Notes: generated by a model not told the origin, from the sequence alone. 64,000 nucleotides of DNA from the human T2T-CHM13v2.0 reference genome, Homo sapiens (GCF_009914755.1 NC_060938.1); one strand, 5' to 3'. Counted from the first letter of the stretch, positions 31,717 to 48,854 are shown. Program-made: numbers and translations.

Positions 31717-32025
31717 GGGCCGGGTGCGGTGGCTCACACCTGTAATCCTAGTACTTGGGAAGTCGAGGTGGGTGGATCGCCTGAGGTCAGGAGTTCAAGA
31801 CCAGCCTGGCCAATATGGTAAAACCTCGTCTCTACTAAAAATACAAAAATTAGCCGGGTGTGGTGGTGGGTGCCTATAATACCAGCTACTCAGGAGGCTG
31901 AGGCAGGAGAATCACTTGAACCCTGGGGGGTGGAGGTTGCAGTGAGCTGAAATCATGCCACTTCACTCCAGCCTGGGCAAAAGAGCAAAACTCCATCTCA
32001 AAAAAAAAAAATAAATAAATAAAAT
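31717..32025 (+). mobile_element. AluS
   Basis: Full dimer. Confidence 0.9.
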
Positions 32026-33559
32026 AAAGAGGGAAAAATTCTCATTGACAACTGTGGAAATGATTATGTCATAGAAAGATTACCAGAGAAAGTGCCTGGT
32101 AACAAAAGGAGATACTTGTATTATTAAATGTTGACATACAAATTTGCAGAACCTGGGAAACTGAATGACCTTAGGGGTTTAACACAAGGCAAATTTGGCC
32201 TGATAATTATAACTGATTATGTAGCATGGTTCCCCACAGAGCTACAGACAATTAGAGAGGCCTCATGTTAAAAATTCAAATCTTCTAAGAGGTGTTTTTA
32301 ATGTTCCCAGTGTCAAGAATACACACTCTGGAGTTGTAATCCATAACCTGAGGCTGACAGCCGAATGGAGAGGATGAGGGGGAGGCAAGAATGAGACTAG
32401 AAATAGAAAGTTGTGGGAATACAAAGCAAGCTTCCTGGCCAGATTAAAAAAAAAAAAAGAAAAGAAAAGAAAAGATGACTGAGATCATAAAACTGTCCCA
32501 GGAGGAAGATAGAACAGGGATGGGCCCACTCCGTCTGATGTATTCTCACTGCGCCTTACTGGCAACCCTTCCAGAAGCTGGTAGTAATAACAAGGGGCAC
32601 CTATTCTAGACTTAGATCTGCTCTGCAAGGAAGATGCTGGTGAAAAAGAAATGAATGGACACTTGGGAAGAACCACACACATCATTTTCGAGCCCTGAAT
32701 GGCCAGAAGGGAATGCTAAGTCTAATGTAGACACAACCTTAGAGTTCGGGCAGAGCTCTTGCAGATGTACACTAAGCCGATTCAGAGAAAGATAGGCTGG
32801 AGGCTCGTGACTTGAGAGTCTGGAAGATAAGACAACTTAAGCACTGGGAGACTCTTAGAAACAGGCTTTATTAGGAAATCTGCAAATTATGCCAAGATTG
32901 AAGGAAGAAAGATACCTAAAGAGGCAACATGTCTTACATGGGGGAATGGGAGGACTTTATAGGGAGCTCAGATTTTTAAAAAATGGGGTATATTTAGGCA
33001 TTCAATAGCATACAGTGAAAAAACTGAAGAAAAAAGAAAACATAATCAAGAGAAAAATAAACATGTCAAAAGAAAAATAAGCATATCATAAAAGCTGAAT
33101 CTCAGAATGAATGAAAATATTTTAGAAGAAAAAGGAATTTTTAACTTCCATTCAGATCATATCTGAAAGGAAAGCTAACAAATGTTAGGGAAAGCACAGC
33201 AATATGATCCCTATCTACTCTATTGACGGGATAATCATTCGATGGCCAAGAGAAGATAAGGCGTTGGAATGAAAGAACTTCAGTTCCAGCTTGGCCAAGA
33301 GAATTTAAGAGCATCTGTGATTAACCCAGGCCAAGTGCCCTAGCCCAGGTGTATATCTTGGTGAGTCAAGGGGTTTGGTGTCCATGAGTCACCCTCCATC
33401 CCTGCTCTCTGAGGGCCTGGGATGGGAGAGCCACCAAAACGGCTGGGGGCGGGGGAGGAGCACTAGCTGTTGAGACGGGAAGTCTGAAGTCAGGAAGGCT
33501 AGAGATATTCCCTAGGAAAAGGAATATACTACAGGCAACATTGTGTTGCGGGCTGCAGC

Positions 33560-33585
33560 TATATACACACACACACACACACACA
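33560..33585. repeat. (TA)n(CA)n microsatellite
   Basis: Seen directly. Confidence 0.9.
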
Positions 33586-33612
33586 GATAGGGGACAAACT
33601 AGTTAGGATTGC

Positions 33613-33732
33613 TTTTTTTTTTTTTTTTTTGAGACGGAGTCTGGCTGTGGCCCGGGCTGGAGTGCAGTGGCGCGATCTCTCACTGCAAGCTCCGTCTCCC
33701 GGGTTCACGCCATTCTCCTGCCTCAGCCTCCC
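33613..33732 (-). mobile_element. Heavily 5'-truncated AluY
   Basis: TSD aggattgcttt. Confidence 0.88.
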
Positions 33733-33831
33733 AGGATTGCTTTCATAGAACGTGCTACAGCATTCTTTTTTCATCTTCTCCCCAATCCATTCTCCCCTCA
33801 CCAGCTGTCAAGCCCCTTCCTACCGGCCTAG

Positions 33832-34122
<291 letters not shown>

Positions 34123-34538
34123 CACATGCCTTATCTTGCCAGTGTCATTGCCAAGCTACGTTTGTATGCTTACAAATCTGTAGATTACTGGATCTCAATG
34201 TGTGGGCCTCTGACCAGTAGCACTGTCATCACCTTTGAGCTTTTTAGAAACACAAATTCTAGCAAAATCTCTGGTGAAGAAACCCAGCCAGAGATGTGTG
34301 CTTTAATAAGCTAAGTGATTGCTAAGCAATGTAAGTTTAAGAACCATGGTTTCAAAAGACTGGGCACATGTGGTAACCTATGAGAACTCAGGCATAGCAT
34401 CTTAATCTTTTCACTATTGTGTCCCCCGCCTTTTTTTTTTTAATCACAATTTCTCTGAAAGATACTTTACGTAAGCAACCCATAATGTAACTTAAATATC
34501 TTGGTAAATTCAAAGTTCAAGCTATATAACCGTCATAC

Positions 34539-34706
34539 CTACTGAACTGCTGATGGGTTAGCACCAAACCTTCCAGCCTGATGGGAAATCTCACATCACA
34601 GCTTCCAACCATGTTCTGAATTTTAAAATCGAGGAATCTGGCAGGGAACCCAAGCTTCTGCACCACACGAGCATATTTTCTTGCTGCAAGTCGAGACTGC
34701 TCTTCA
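34539..34706 (-). CDS. TBPL2: TBPL2 coding exon 5
   Basis: [56 protein letters not shown]; 168 nt; canonical splice sites. Confidence 0.97.
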
Positions 34707-34999
34707 CTGGGGAGGGGCAAATATGTTTAAAGATGTCTTAATCGCTACATCCTCTCAACTACTGGTGTTGTATTGGATTGTTACCATTTGTACCACGTTT
34801 ATCTTTCAATGTATACTATGAAGCTGTAGGCTTTGTGAGGAGGACTTACTTCCCATACTTTCGTCCCTAGCACCTTATAAAAGGTCTTGTAAAATTGTAC
34901 AGCTGTTGAACAGAATCATAAATTTTTGTCTTCATTTGTCACCTTTCATATATGAAGTACTTTTACTTTTACTTGGGTGTTATTTGCTAAAACGATTCC

Positions 35000-35172
35000 A
35001 AGGATTCGCAAAGTGTGTCCCCAGACCAGCAGCTTCACCTGGGAACTTGTTAGAAATGCAAAGTCCCAGGTTCCACCTCAGACATGCAGAAACTCTGGGG
35101 GTGGGGCCGAGCAATCTGTCTTTTAACAAGCCCTCTAGGTAACTGTGCTGCTCACTGCAGTTTGGGAACCAT
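35000..35172. mobile_element. MER5A
   Basis: cacctgggaacttgttagaaatgcaaa..tttaacaagccctc..tttgggaacca. Confidence 0.8.
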
Positions 35173-35185
35173 TCATCCAGTCTCA

Positions 35186-35717
<532 letters not shown>

Positions 35718-36154
35718 TCAATTCAAACTCAACACAAGAAGGACAGGAATTTGTCCTACTCTGTGGCTATGTCCTTTAAGTGTCTGTCCTGCTGCACCCC
35801 TAAATTCATAGCAGAGCCTGTGGAGTCCTGAGAGGTGAGGCTTCATTTCTCCTTAGGTATTTTTCAACTGTTAGTGACAAAACAAAACAGTAGGTAGCAA
35901 CACCTGCAGGGTGAATCAGGTGAATTCCACCCCCCTCATGGGTTTGGCCCTATTTTTAGGCTGTAAATCAGAAACACCTGAAAGAAAAGCCAGTTTGAAC
36001 TTGTTTGCCTGGACTAAAGCAAGTGTTTGATTCTCTTATCCAGATCCTTCACCAACACTGCCCCCTCTTGGGTATTCGTTACTACATACATGTGTCACCT
36101 CATTTAATGTTGATTCTCCTCACCCACTTTAAAAAAAAAAAAAAAAAAAAAAAA

Positions 36155-36429
36155 AGAGATTGGGTTTTTGCTCTGTTACCCAGGCTGGAGTGCAGTGGCA
36201 TGATCATAGCTCACTGCAGCCTTGAACTTCTGGCCTTAAGTGATCCTCCTGCCTCAGCCTCCTAAGTAGCCTGCAGGGGCATGCACCACCACACCTGCCT
36301 AAATTTTTATAGAGACAGGGTCTTGCTGTCTTGCCCAGGCTGGGCTCAAACTCCAGGACTCAAGTGACCCTCCCAACCTCAGCCTCCCCAAGTACTGAGG
36401 TTACAGGTGTGAGCCACTGCACATGGCCA
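36155..36429 (-). mobile_element. AluJ
   Basis: Antisense consensus. Confidence 0.85.
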
Positions 36430-37857
36430 TCTGTTGATCTGGTATCTACTCACTAGATTGACTACAGCTGCACAGCACTGCCCTTGGCTCTCTTCACCCA
36501 CTTCTCACTCTTGAAATGTCCTTAGCAAGGCCATGTCCCCAGGTTAGCAGTAAAATAAACTGTTTCCATTTTGAACTACATTTTGCCTAACTAATCTATT
36601 ACATTTCCCGTAATGTAAATAAGTTCAAATTTGTTCAAGTTTGCATAGTCCTGTAGTTTCTTGGGATATCAGCTGTGATATTCTAAGGACACAGAAGTTT
36701 CTATTGAAACAACTAATAGTTGAAAGTCTATATACATGTTCATTGTACAAACATTAGAAAGTAGTTTAAAAATCTTAAAATCTCACCCATACTGGTGTTA
36801 ACTACCTAAATTTGATCTTCTGCACTTTTCCTACGCAAACACAGGTATCCCTCATACTCTTGCTGTTACAACAAAAGAGAATAGGTTTGGATAAAATGTG
36901 GAGATAATACTGGCACCTCTTATTAACTAAATTCTCACAACTCACTATCCAAAACTTCAAAACCAAATATATTTGGATAAAAAGTATCTCTTATTATCTG
37001 AACTCATTATCCAAACTTTCACTATCAGATTTTAGGAATAAATTCAGATAAGAAAAGACACTCATGAATGTGTGTAATATGTGTAACATGAGCATATTTT
37101 ACAATGAAAGTTGGATAACAAACACCATTTAGCTGCTTACTTCTCCCTCTGCAATCCAACTTAATACAATGTGACCATCCTTTCAGCTCAGTATGTGTAC
37201 TATATGGCTAATACAATTTTACTTTATGACTTCAAATTGAAACCCTATTATTAATTAGGTTTTCCCTGTTCTATTGCTGAAATGAACATTATTACAGACA
37301 TCTTGCACAACTGTCCAATAATCACTTTAAAATGGAGATTCCTGGGATCAACATAAGAGAAAGTCCAGCAATGTACTCAGACACATGTGAAGAACTTAAT
37401 ATGTAAAAACAGATTGGGGGAAATGTAGTAACAATGGATCCTTCAATAAATGTATCTGAGTACCGACTGATCATTTGGGAAAAATAATTATCTTACATTG
37501 AAACAAAATTCTAGATCTGCTCTGTCCAATTAATATAAATTCAGTCCCTCAGTTGTATTAGCTGTATTTCAAGTGCTCAGTAGCCACATCTGACTAGTGG
37601 CTATATCATTGCATTAAACAGTGCAGATATAGAACATTTCCATCTAGAGAAAGCTCTAAGTGAATCAAAATACCAGCTATCCTTTTCCTATCACAAAGCA
37701 GGACCTGAAAAAGACCAAAAAATATATGAAAGTCAATATTTGTATAATACTGTGCACAAATGCCTTAAGGGCAAAGCCAAATGTAGAAAACAAAGAAAAA
37801 AATGGGATAAAATGAGTATACCCTTCAAAATTTGTGTTTTTTAAAAAACCCACCATA

Positions 37858-38185
37858 GGCCAGATGTAGTAGCTCACGCCTGTAATCCCAGCACTTTGGG
37901 AGACCAAGGTGGGAGGACTACTTGAGCCCAGGAGTTCGAGACCAGCCTGGGCAATATGGGGAAACCCCCGTCTCTACAAAAAAAAAAAAAAAAAATTAGC
38001 CAGGCCTGGTGGTGCATACCTGTGGTCCCAGCTACTTAAGAGGCCGAGCTGGAAGGATGGCTCCAGCCCGGGAGGTGGAGGTTGCAGTGAGCCCAGATCA
38101 CACCACTGCACTCCATCCTGGATAACACAGTGAGACCGTGTCTCAGAAAAAAAAAAAACAACAAATAAACAAACAACAAAAAAAA
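37858..38185 (+). mobile_element. AluJ
   Basis: Full dimer. Confidence 0.88.
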
Positions 38186-38859
38186 CACCATAAAATACCA
38201 TAAACAGTAATCTGAGAAAAAATATTTACAGTATAAAATGGTGAAAATAGTTAACAAAACAAAAACAAAAGATAAATCTCTCCATAGATAACTGAGCAAA
38301 TGACATAGCAATTTCTGCACTTCTAAAAAGTTATTTAATCTCACTAGTAAATCAAAGAAATGTAAAACAATGTAACTTTTTGTCAATCAATTTAGCAAAT
38401 ATAAAAAGAATATCGACACCCAGTGTCCACAGGATAAAATGAACACTTAGTACATTTATAGAGCGAGAAATTGGCACAACTTTTCAGGAGGAGAATTTGC
38501 TTCTTATCTTTTAACACCTACAGGAGAAAACAGGCTCTGCCACTACAGAGTTATGGTGAAAGAATACCCATCAACACAGGGCTTCCTCTGCGTGAGATCC
38601 AGGAGAGATGAGATTTTTAAGGGATGCCTCCTGAGCTAATGCAAGCTAATGCTCAAGGAATGTCTAATTGAGCTCCTTTAGAAAGTTCTATCCATTTATC
38701 TGCAATGAGGAAAATCCACAATAACTACTTCCCCAGACTTATAACACACTTCATCATTACTGTAACTTAAAAAAAATTCACCTTAGAAACAAGTTGTAGC
38801 AGCGCAGTTAAGTCCCCTCGGTTTAATAGGGGAAACTGTAAAATGGGGATATGTCAGTA

Positions 38860-39186
<327 letters not shown>

Positions 39187-39362
39187 AAGTCAGTATTTAT
39201 AGGAGTGTTTTTAACCCAAAATGTGGCATTTCATTGAATAAAGTCTTCAGCAAAGAAAGGCATTTTGCTTCTACTATGTGCTTTAGCACATTAATTCTAT
39301 GCTTCCTTGTTTTACATACTAAATTGTTTCTCTGGTAGGGGTGGAGGGATGATTCCTCATAC

Positions 39363-39454
39363 CTTTTGGCTCCCGTGCAGACCATCTTCCCAGAGCTAAA
39401 TATAAGGGCTGTTGTCCTGGGCTCTCGGATCCTCATTATGACAGCAGCAAACCT
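39363..39454 (-). CDS. TBPL2: TBPL2 coding exon 4
   Basis: [30 protein letters not shown]; tag| and |gtatga; 92 nt. Confidence 0.97.
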
Positions 39455-41009
39455 CTATACCCAGAAACCAAAAGAGAATTAGCCTCTGCTAGGAGTTAAC
39501 ATTATCCCAGTTGAAAAAGCCGAGCTGAATATGAAAATCTCAAACAGATTGGATGGGAAAACTAAATGTCTGGGTCTTTTCTCCCTACATTAAGGTTAAC
39601 AAAAATAATGATGATTCTAAAATGTACTTATTAACAGGTAAAAATAATATCAGTAACTCTTAAATTTGAATGCCTGTTATGTTTCAGTTCCTATTTATTC
39701 TCATGATAGGATGAACTTGTGTTTATTATCCTCATTTAGTGCTCAGGGAAAACAAGTAGCAATATAACCTCCAATATTACACAGGAAGTGGTAAAGTTAA
39801 GATTCAAAACCCACACTAATCAGATTCTCTGCTTTTTACTTTGACACACTTCCTTTTTCTTTTGAAGAATCTTTTGGGAAAAAAATAAGTATGTTAAAGG
39901 CTCACCAAGACTTCAGAATGTACTGAAAAATGACCAAAATGCAGAAGAGTCTGTATGATAGGCATGCTAAAGATGAATGACAGAAAGTTGATGTCAAGGT
40001 TCTTGCCTCTTATAGTTCTCAAAGTGTCATTCAAGACCAGCAGCATCAGCAAGCCCTGCAGGTGAGGCTGACACTCGTGAGGGTAGGGAACCTCTGGCCT
40101 GCCACATGGACGTGTCATCAAATGGCCTGCTCCTACACAGATAGTCTCTTCACCCCAACTCCTCTCCCCGGTTAAGCTAGGAAGGAAACTGGGGTGGGTG
40201 CTAGCTTAAGGGCCAAGCCAGAATTTCTCTGGGTGTCAAGCACAAGTTCAGAGAGATCCTATACACTCATCCCCAGCCCTGCCCACCCCTACCCCTCGTC
40301 CAAAATGAGAGGTGTGCTGAGGATGGTGGACAATAAAAGTTGCCTAAAATGCTGATTGTTCAATAATGTGATCACAGCTGCAGCTGTGAGGATCTTAGCT
40401 CATCTTTGTGTCTGTCCTCACCATTGTCAGCTGTATGAAATATCAAAAGGAAAGCTTTATTGTATTCGGGTAACATCGAGGTAACATTTAAATTCAGATG
40501 TCAGCAACAATACTAGGGCAACAGCAAAAACAAATAATAGTTGATGCCTGCAAGGTCTCTGGGTTCCTACGAATGTGACCTTTTTTCATCTAATTCCATA
40601 AATCCTCCACCACCTAAGCCAGTGAACTTTTTCCCAGTAGGAAGCAGGTCTTACTCATCTTTGTACTCCTAAGTACAGAGCCTGGCAAATCGTTAAAAGT
40701 TGATAGGATTGACAAACCCAATTACCCTAGGTAAACAAGCCATTGAAAACAGGATGCCTGGCCTTGGCAGGATACAAGAAAGAATAGATTTTATTAAACT
40801 TTGAGGAGGACGAAAAAAAAAATCCCTGAATCTTACATTAGTAAATAGGAGCTTGAACTTTATACTTTAAGCAGTTTAGCCTTCTCAGATAAGAGGAATT
40901 GTAATGGAAAGATACATAAGTGTCAGGTAGCTGAGACAACATTTGGCAAAAATTATTTCCAGAAATTTGATGGCATTTTAAGATAGTTAGCATCCCAATA
41001 GTCAGGTGA

Positions 41010-41307
<298 letters not shown>

Positions 41308-41579
41308 AAGTGAAAAATTATAATCATACTAAAAAATATTTTTGAATGACAAGGGAGAGAGCTTATCTTTAAGGAACTGCTCAATTACTGCTTTATTCAG
41401 CATAAAGAATGAGATTATTTTTTATAACTCAAAACAGATATTAACCCTGAGTTGCCAAAAGCTTTTTCAGTAACAATTTTTTAAGAAAAAACAGAGGAAT
41501 TAGTCAATATCATGATCATATTAAGAAAAGTAAATCTAAAGAGAAGCTAATTATTGGAAGGAATACTGAGAAATGTTAC

Positions 41580-41667
41580 CTTTGGGTTATATTCTGCATT
41601 TTTTGCATGCAAAGCTATTTTCTTCAGATCCAACTTACAGGCCAGGTTTACAGTGGAAACTATATTC
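41580..41667 (-). CDS. TBPL2: TBPL2 coding exon 3
   Basis: [29 protein letters not shown] (TBP core repeat 1); cag| and |gtaac; 88 nt. Confidence 0.97.
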
Positions 41668-42293
41668 CTGAAGAAATAAGTCAGTTTAGAAACTTATATC
41701 AGATATAAAGAGTAAAAAAAAAAAAAGACAACTTATTTTCTCATTTCTTAGGTTATACCTTAGCAATTTCCTAGGGGGAGAATTATTCCAAATGTGAAAT
41801 ACATGACATGATTCCTAGTTAAGTGTAAAATCCCAAAGTGAAGTGCTAAAGAGCCTTTCCTAAAATTTCATGACTAGCTGCTAAAATTAAGTTTTAGATC
41901 TTTTTTCAAAACAATGCCTCAAAATAGAAATTACAATTCTGAATCAATTTGCAAATCAAACTCAATTTTACATCTTTATATCCTTGGTGTTTATCCAACC
42001 CTACCCACAATTTTCAGCAACTACAGTGCTGTAGTATAAACAATACAATCCTTCAAGAATGCATCTATTAATCTTTAAGTCCCCTCCGCCCACCTTAGAG
42101 GTCAAGAATTAGTGCTTTGCCTTACAGATAATCAAACTGTCTAAAGCCACAATCCATTTAGAACTGATAAAACAAAGAATTATGAAATCTGAAATTCTCT
42201 TCCCTACTATTATCCTGAAATTAGTTGTCATCGCATTCAGGAATATAAAATGTGTACCCAATGTGCTCAATTAAAACAAAAATAAAAACTTAC

Positions 42294-42751
42294 TGTAGTT
42301 GAGGTACAATTCCACAACATTCTGAAATAGGGGTCATTGGTGTCATGGGAGTTATGGATGCCAGAGACAAGGAGTCGGAGTTTGGTTTCTCAGGAGAGGG
42401 CTGGACTGAGTCAGTATCACCAGGGTGCAGCTGTGAATGGGAATTTGACAAACTGCTGCTGTTTAAGCCCAGCCCAACGTCCTGTTCGCTGGGTGATGGC
42501 AACCTACTTTGTGGACTTTGGCTTTCAGAATTTTCTTCAGTTTCGTGTTTGCTAATGACAGGCTGGTCTTTATTTTCCTGGGTAACTTCATCTGGTAGGA
42601 AGCTAAGATCCACAGATGAGAAATCACCAGATGTTTCTTTGACTTCAGGGTTCGAATTAAATGCAGTATCCGGATTGGATGCATTCAGTATGTACATATC
42701 ATAAGGTACAACTGGGCTGAACAGGGGAGACCTGGGTGGGGCAAGGCCATC
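42294..42751 (-). CDS. TBPL2: TBPL2 coding exon 2 (N-terminal region)
   Basis: ctag|GAT GGC...CTA CA|gtaagt; 458 nt; ends ITPMTPMTPISECCGIVPQLQ, as in TBP just before its core. Confidence 0.96.
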
Positions 42752-42825
42752 CTAGGCAGTTCCCAAAACAGACAGACAAAAACACAACAGACAGAACAGC
42801 ATGTTACACAAAAGGGATGTCACTA

Positions 42826-43287
<462 letters not shown>

Positions 43288-44002
43288 TCATAAACTATCT
43301 TAGCTACTTTGGTTAGATCTCTAGTAAGTTGCCACTCTCTAAGTCCAATTTTGCAATAGAGGCAATTGAGCAACCATGCTCTAAATTGTTGTATACTTTG
43401 AAGAGAACAGATATACTGTATTATTTAAGTTAATTATAAACTTTAGTTGACTTTACTTTGAAATAATTTTGAGTTTTAAATGTAAATAGAATAAATGAAG
43501 GAAGTTTAAGATATAGTTGAATGCTAATCAAGACTCACTAAAGACCCATGGTTATTCCTTCTAGGCAAAGGCGTAATAAGAATTCTTGTAATGTTCTAGT
43601 TAGAAGAATTTACACTAGGAAAAAAGTTATTGAAACTTAAATGGTAAGAATAGTGTAAATCAATTTATTTTCAGTCCAGGGAAGGCTGCTCAACTACCAT
43701 TATCCAGCAACGGAGAGAATGATGTGTGCACCTGAGGAAAGCAACTAATGTAAAATTCATGGACTTTATTATGGGAAAAAATCGATTAGCTTGATAAATG
43801 CATTACCACCTGCTTCACTCAAGTTACGGGCCTGGACTCCAGATTTTGAGCACTGCTTGCAGGAGAAACTCAAAAAGATCTTATTTCTTTTCTGACCACT
43901 GAAGGGTCAGGAATGCACCGTGTTGCATCTTCTCAGTGACAATGCTACCTCCGCTAATGTACGTCTGACTGGAGCCTATTGGAGTGTTCTGTTACTACAA
44001 GT

Positions 44003-44016
44003 CCAGCAGGTGGCAG
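44003..44016 (+). promoter_or_regulatory. CTCF motif
   Basis: CCAGCAGGTGGCAG fits CCASYAGRKGGCRS. Confidence 0.6.
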
Positions 44017-44572
44017 GGGTGACTAATTGTTTAAAGAAAGCACTTAGAATTAAAAACAAAATCAAGCTATTCTCTTGAAATAAGATTTTTGACCTCTATT
44101 TCATTATGAATACATGATACGCTCCCATCTTTCCCCACCCTCAACCCACAGAGTGGCCTAAGAAAAGTGAGATGGGGACAATGGGCCCCAATTCCACTGC
44201 AGGGTTTCCTTGGTCTCACCTGTCCCAGATGTAAAGGGTCTCCTCCCGCAATTTACGCTAAAGCACCAAAGCTGCAACAGTCAGTGTCTCCCTTCCCCTT
44301 CCCCTTCCCCATCATGGCATTTTATCAGGGAACAAAGCTACACGTACACAAGAATGTAAGGCAATGGCGAGGATTTGAAGGAGGATGTTTTATGGTAATG
44401 GAAACTTGACCGGCTCCCTGCAGGGTCTGCCTGTAGTGACTCTCCTCAGAACATGTCTGTGTAGCACGTTCACTGCATCCTTGGCTTCAGAATCTTTAGT
44501 CATTTTTGTTAAACTGTATCCACTTACCTTTCTCAGAACCTTTCCTGTCTGGGCTCTTCTTTGCTGTGTTAA

Positions 44573-44972
<400 letters not shown>

Positions 44973-45240
44973 AATGCTAAGGATTTTTAAGTCTTAAGAG
45001 TAATTAACTTTAAAAAAAAAAAAAAAAGCCACAGGTGTTTCTAGTTGACATTTGGCAAACCCTGCAACCACCAGCTCCACCAGAGACTTGACTTCTAGAG
45101 GGAGGCCTAGTACTGGCATCCATGCTGCAGGGGACAGGGGCTCTCTGTTTCCCCTGTCAAAGCAGAAACCCGTGGGAACCTGAAGTCACTACAGCTAGCA
45201 CAATGCACTCTCTGTGCATGTCCTTTAGAACCAGGCGGGG

Positions 45241-45863
<623 letters not shown>

Positions 45864-46059
45864 ACCAGAACAACCTGGGAAGGGCCATGTAATCTGGTAA
45901 CTGAGTGAACGGTTCTGGATTCGTGCTAGATGAAGTTCGAGCTCTGTTTGGCAACCTTGGTCAAATTATTTCACTTTTCGAAGCTTCTAACCTTCAACTT
46001 AATGACTTGGGAAACCAAGCCCGCCTCTTATGGTCGCTATGAGTTTTAAGAGGAACGAA

Positions 46060-46530
46060 GGCAAAGCCCTTGGCACAGGACCGGGCGGGACTTGGGTCCT
46101 GACTCTGGGACAGTGGCGGCAGCCTCACCTGAGCGGCGCACTGGTCCAGGTAGAGCTCCAGGTAGGTCTCCTCCTGCTCCATGGACCGTAATCCCACTGT
46201 TGGGGGTGGGGGCGGGTAAGAGGGTAAGCGCGGAGCGAGCAGCCTCGGAACCCGCTCCGGCCAGGGCGCAGAGGCCATTTATGAGCCTGGGGGCAGCGAG
46301 GCGGGGCGGCCCTCGGCCCAGGTTCCTGCAGAGGGCGCGAGAGAAGCGTTGGGCGATGGGCTTGGAGCGGGATGCGGAACCCAGCTACCGGCCCATGGGC
46401 GCTGGGAAGCGGAGATGGGCTAGGGGTGGGCCGGAGAGGGGCGTCTCGCCTGGGGGCAGTCACCCCACTCTGCCCGCAGCTGGGAAGGGCCTGGGCCTGC
46501 AGATTTGATTTCCTTCGATACTCGCAATGT
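46060..46530. promoter_or_regulatory. TBPL2 small CpG-rich promoter with GC box, CATAAA box and E-box
   Basis: GC box near 46300, CATAAA on the minus strand at 46283-46278, CAGCTG at 46477. Confidence 0.7.
46129..46278 (-). CDS. TBPL2: TBPL2 (TRF3/TBP2) coding exon 1; a second in-frame ATG lies at 46182
   Basis: MASAPWPERV...RSMEQEETYLELYLDQCAAQ, 150 nt; donor CAG|gtgagg. Confidence 0.9.
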
Positions 46531-46594
46531 GGTCTTTGCTCCCAGGAGAGAAATTCTCGGTGCAAGTGCATGGAAAGTGAGAAAAAAAAAGGGA

Positions 46595-47190
<596 letters not shown>

Positions 47191-47496
47191 GGATGTTTTT
47201 TTTCTCTTGAGCAGAGTGAGTGGAATGAGTCACCTTACCTAGTCAGGTGTAGTATTTTTACATTATCATTACTTCTCACCATCAAATCCCACGTGGTTTT
47301 TCTCCAGTCACTGAGCGTTCCGTCTAAAGCCACATACAAAACAGTGTGTTGCTGCACAGTTAGGGTTGAGGAAATCTCACGAAAATAACGCAAAACATTC
47401 AGAGAGGGTTTCTCTTTCCTGAAATCATTATTTTAATTTTCAGTGCCTGCATAAGAGCTTAACTGTGTAGAACAACTTTATAAACATAATTGATAC

Positions 47497-48137
47497 CTTT
47501 TTTCTTTTCTTTTCTTTTTTTGAGACAGAGTCTGCTCTGTCACCCAGGCTGGAGTGCAGATCTTGGCTCACTGCAACCTCCGCCTCCCAGGTTCCAGCAA
47601 TTCTTGTGCCTCAGTCTCCCGAGTAGCTGGGATTACAGGTGCCTGCCACCATGCCCAGCTAATTTTTGTATTTTTAGTAGAGACGAGTTTTCACCTTGTT
47701 GGCCAGGCTGGTCTCAATCTCCTGGCCTCAGGTGATCCACCTGCCTTGGCCTCCCAAAGTGCTGGAATGACAGGCACGAGCCACCGTGTCTGGCCTATAA
47801 TTGACACTTTTTATGTAAGATACGTAAAAATGTACAGATTCCCGGGTGTGGTGGGTCATGTCTGTAATCCCAGAACTTTGGGAGGCTGAGGCAGGTGGAT
47901 CACCTGAGGTCAGGAGTTCAAGACCAGCCTGGCCAACATGGTGAAACCCCATCTATACCTAAAATACAAAAATTAGCTGGGCATGGTAGTGTGCGCCTGT
48001 AATCCCAGCTACTCAGGAGGCCGAGGCAGGAGAATTTCTTGAACCTGGGAGGCCGAGGTTGCAATGAGCCCAGATCATGTCACTGCACTCCACCCTGGGC
48101 AACAGAATGAGACTCTGTCTCAAAAAAAAAAAAAAAA
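47497..48137. mobile_element. Head-to-head Alu pair (minus 47497-47795, plus ~47841-48137)
   Basis: Alu consensus on opposite strands. Confidence 0.88.
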
Positions 48138-48514
48138 TGTACAGAGGCAGACATAAAATACATCTTTTTTACTAGATTTTGCTCTCTGAGAGCAAGAATT
48201 TTGATAACTAATTTTAATGTCTCTGTACCAAGCTTATCTGCTCAGTAAAACTGGATGGATGAAGGAAACTGACCTTAGAACGTAGCATAGGAAGCACATT
48301 ATAGTAGAGACAGCTCATTCTAAGAATCAAATCACAACAAGTCTTACAGAATTTCTAATTAAGAATAAAGGAAACATTTTGATGAGATTGGAATTTCATA
48401 TAATTGCTTACGATGGTATTTAATTTAAAGGTTTGTGTTGAGATAACCTACACATTTTTTTAGCACAGTACCTGCCTAGTAGCTCAAATATTAGCTCTTA
48501 ATTTTGTTATTAGA

Positions 48515-48830
48515 CTGTTATAGACTGAATTGTTTCCCCCCAAAATTTATATGTTGAAGCCCTGATTTGATCTGACTGTTGTCCTCACAAGAAGATGAAA
48601 TCTGGACACACAGAGACACCAGGGATGTTCACACAGAGAAGGCCAGGTGAGGATGCAGTGAGAAGGCAGCCATCTGCGAATGAAAGAGAGCGGCCTCAAG
48701 AGAAACCAGCCCTGCTGACACCTTGATCTTGGACTTCCAGCCTCCAGAACTGTAAGAAAATAAATTTCTGTTGTTTAAGCCACCACAGACTGTAGTATTT
48801 TGTTGTGGCAGCCCTACCAGTCTTACACAT
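48515..48830 (+). mobile_element. MaLR LTR (MLT1/MST-like)
   Basis: gactgaattgt..cccccaaaat; ccagcctccagaactgt; aataaatttctgttgtttaagcc. Confidence 0.75.
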
Positions 48831-48854
48831 AGACTTATAAAGTCTCTCATCATA

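Noticed and set aside
33243-33303. 12-bp direct repeat tggccaagagaa around 37 bp
   Set aside because: The insert is not recognisable as a retroposed RNA; may be chance or an old micro-duplication.
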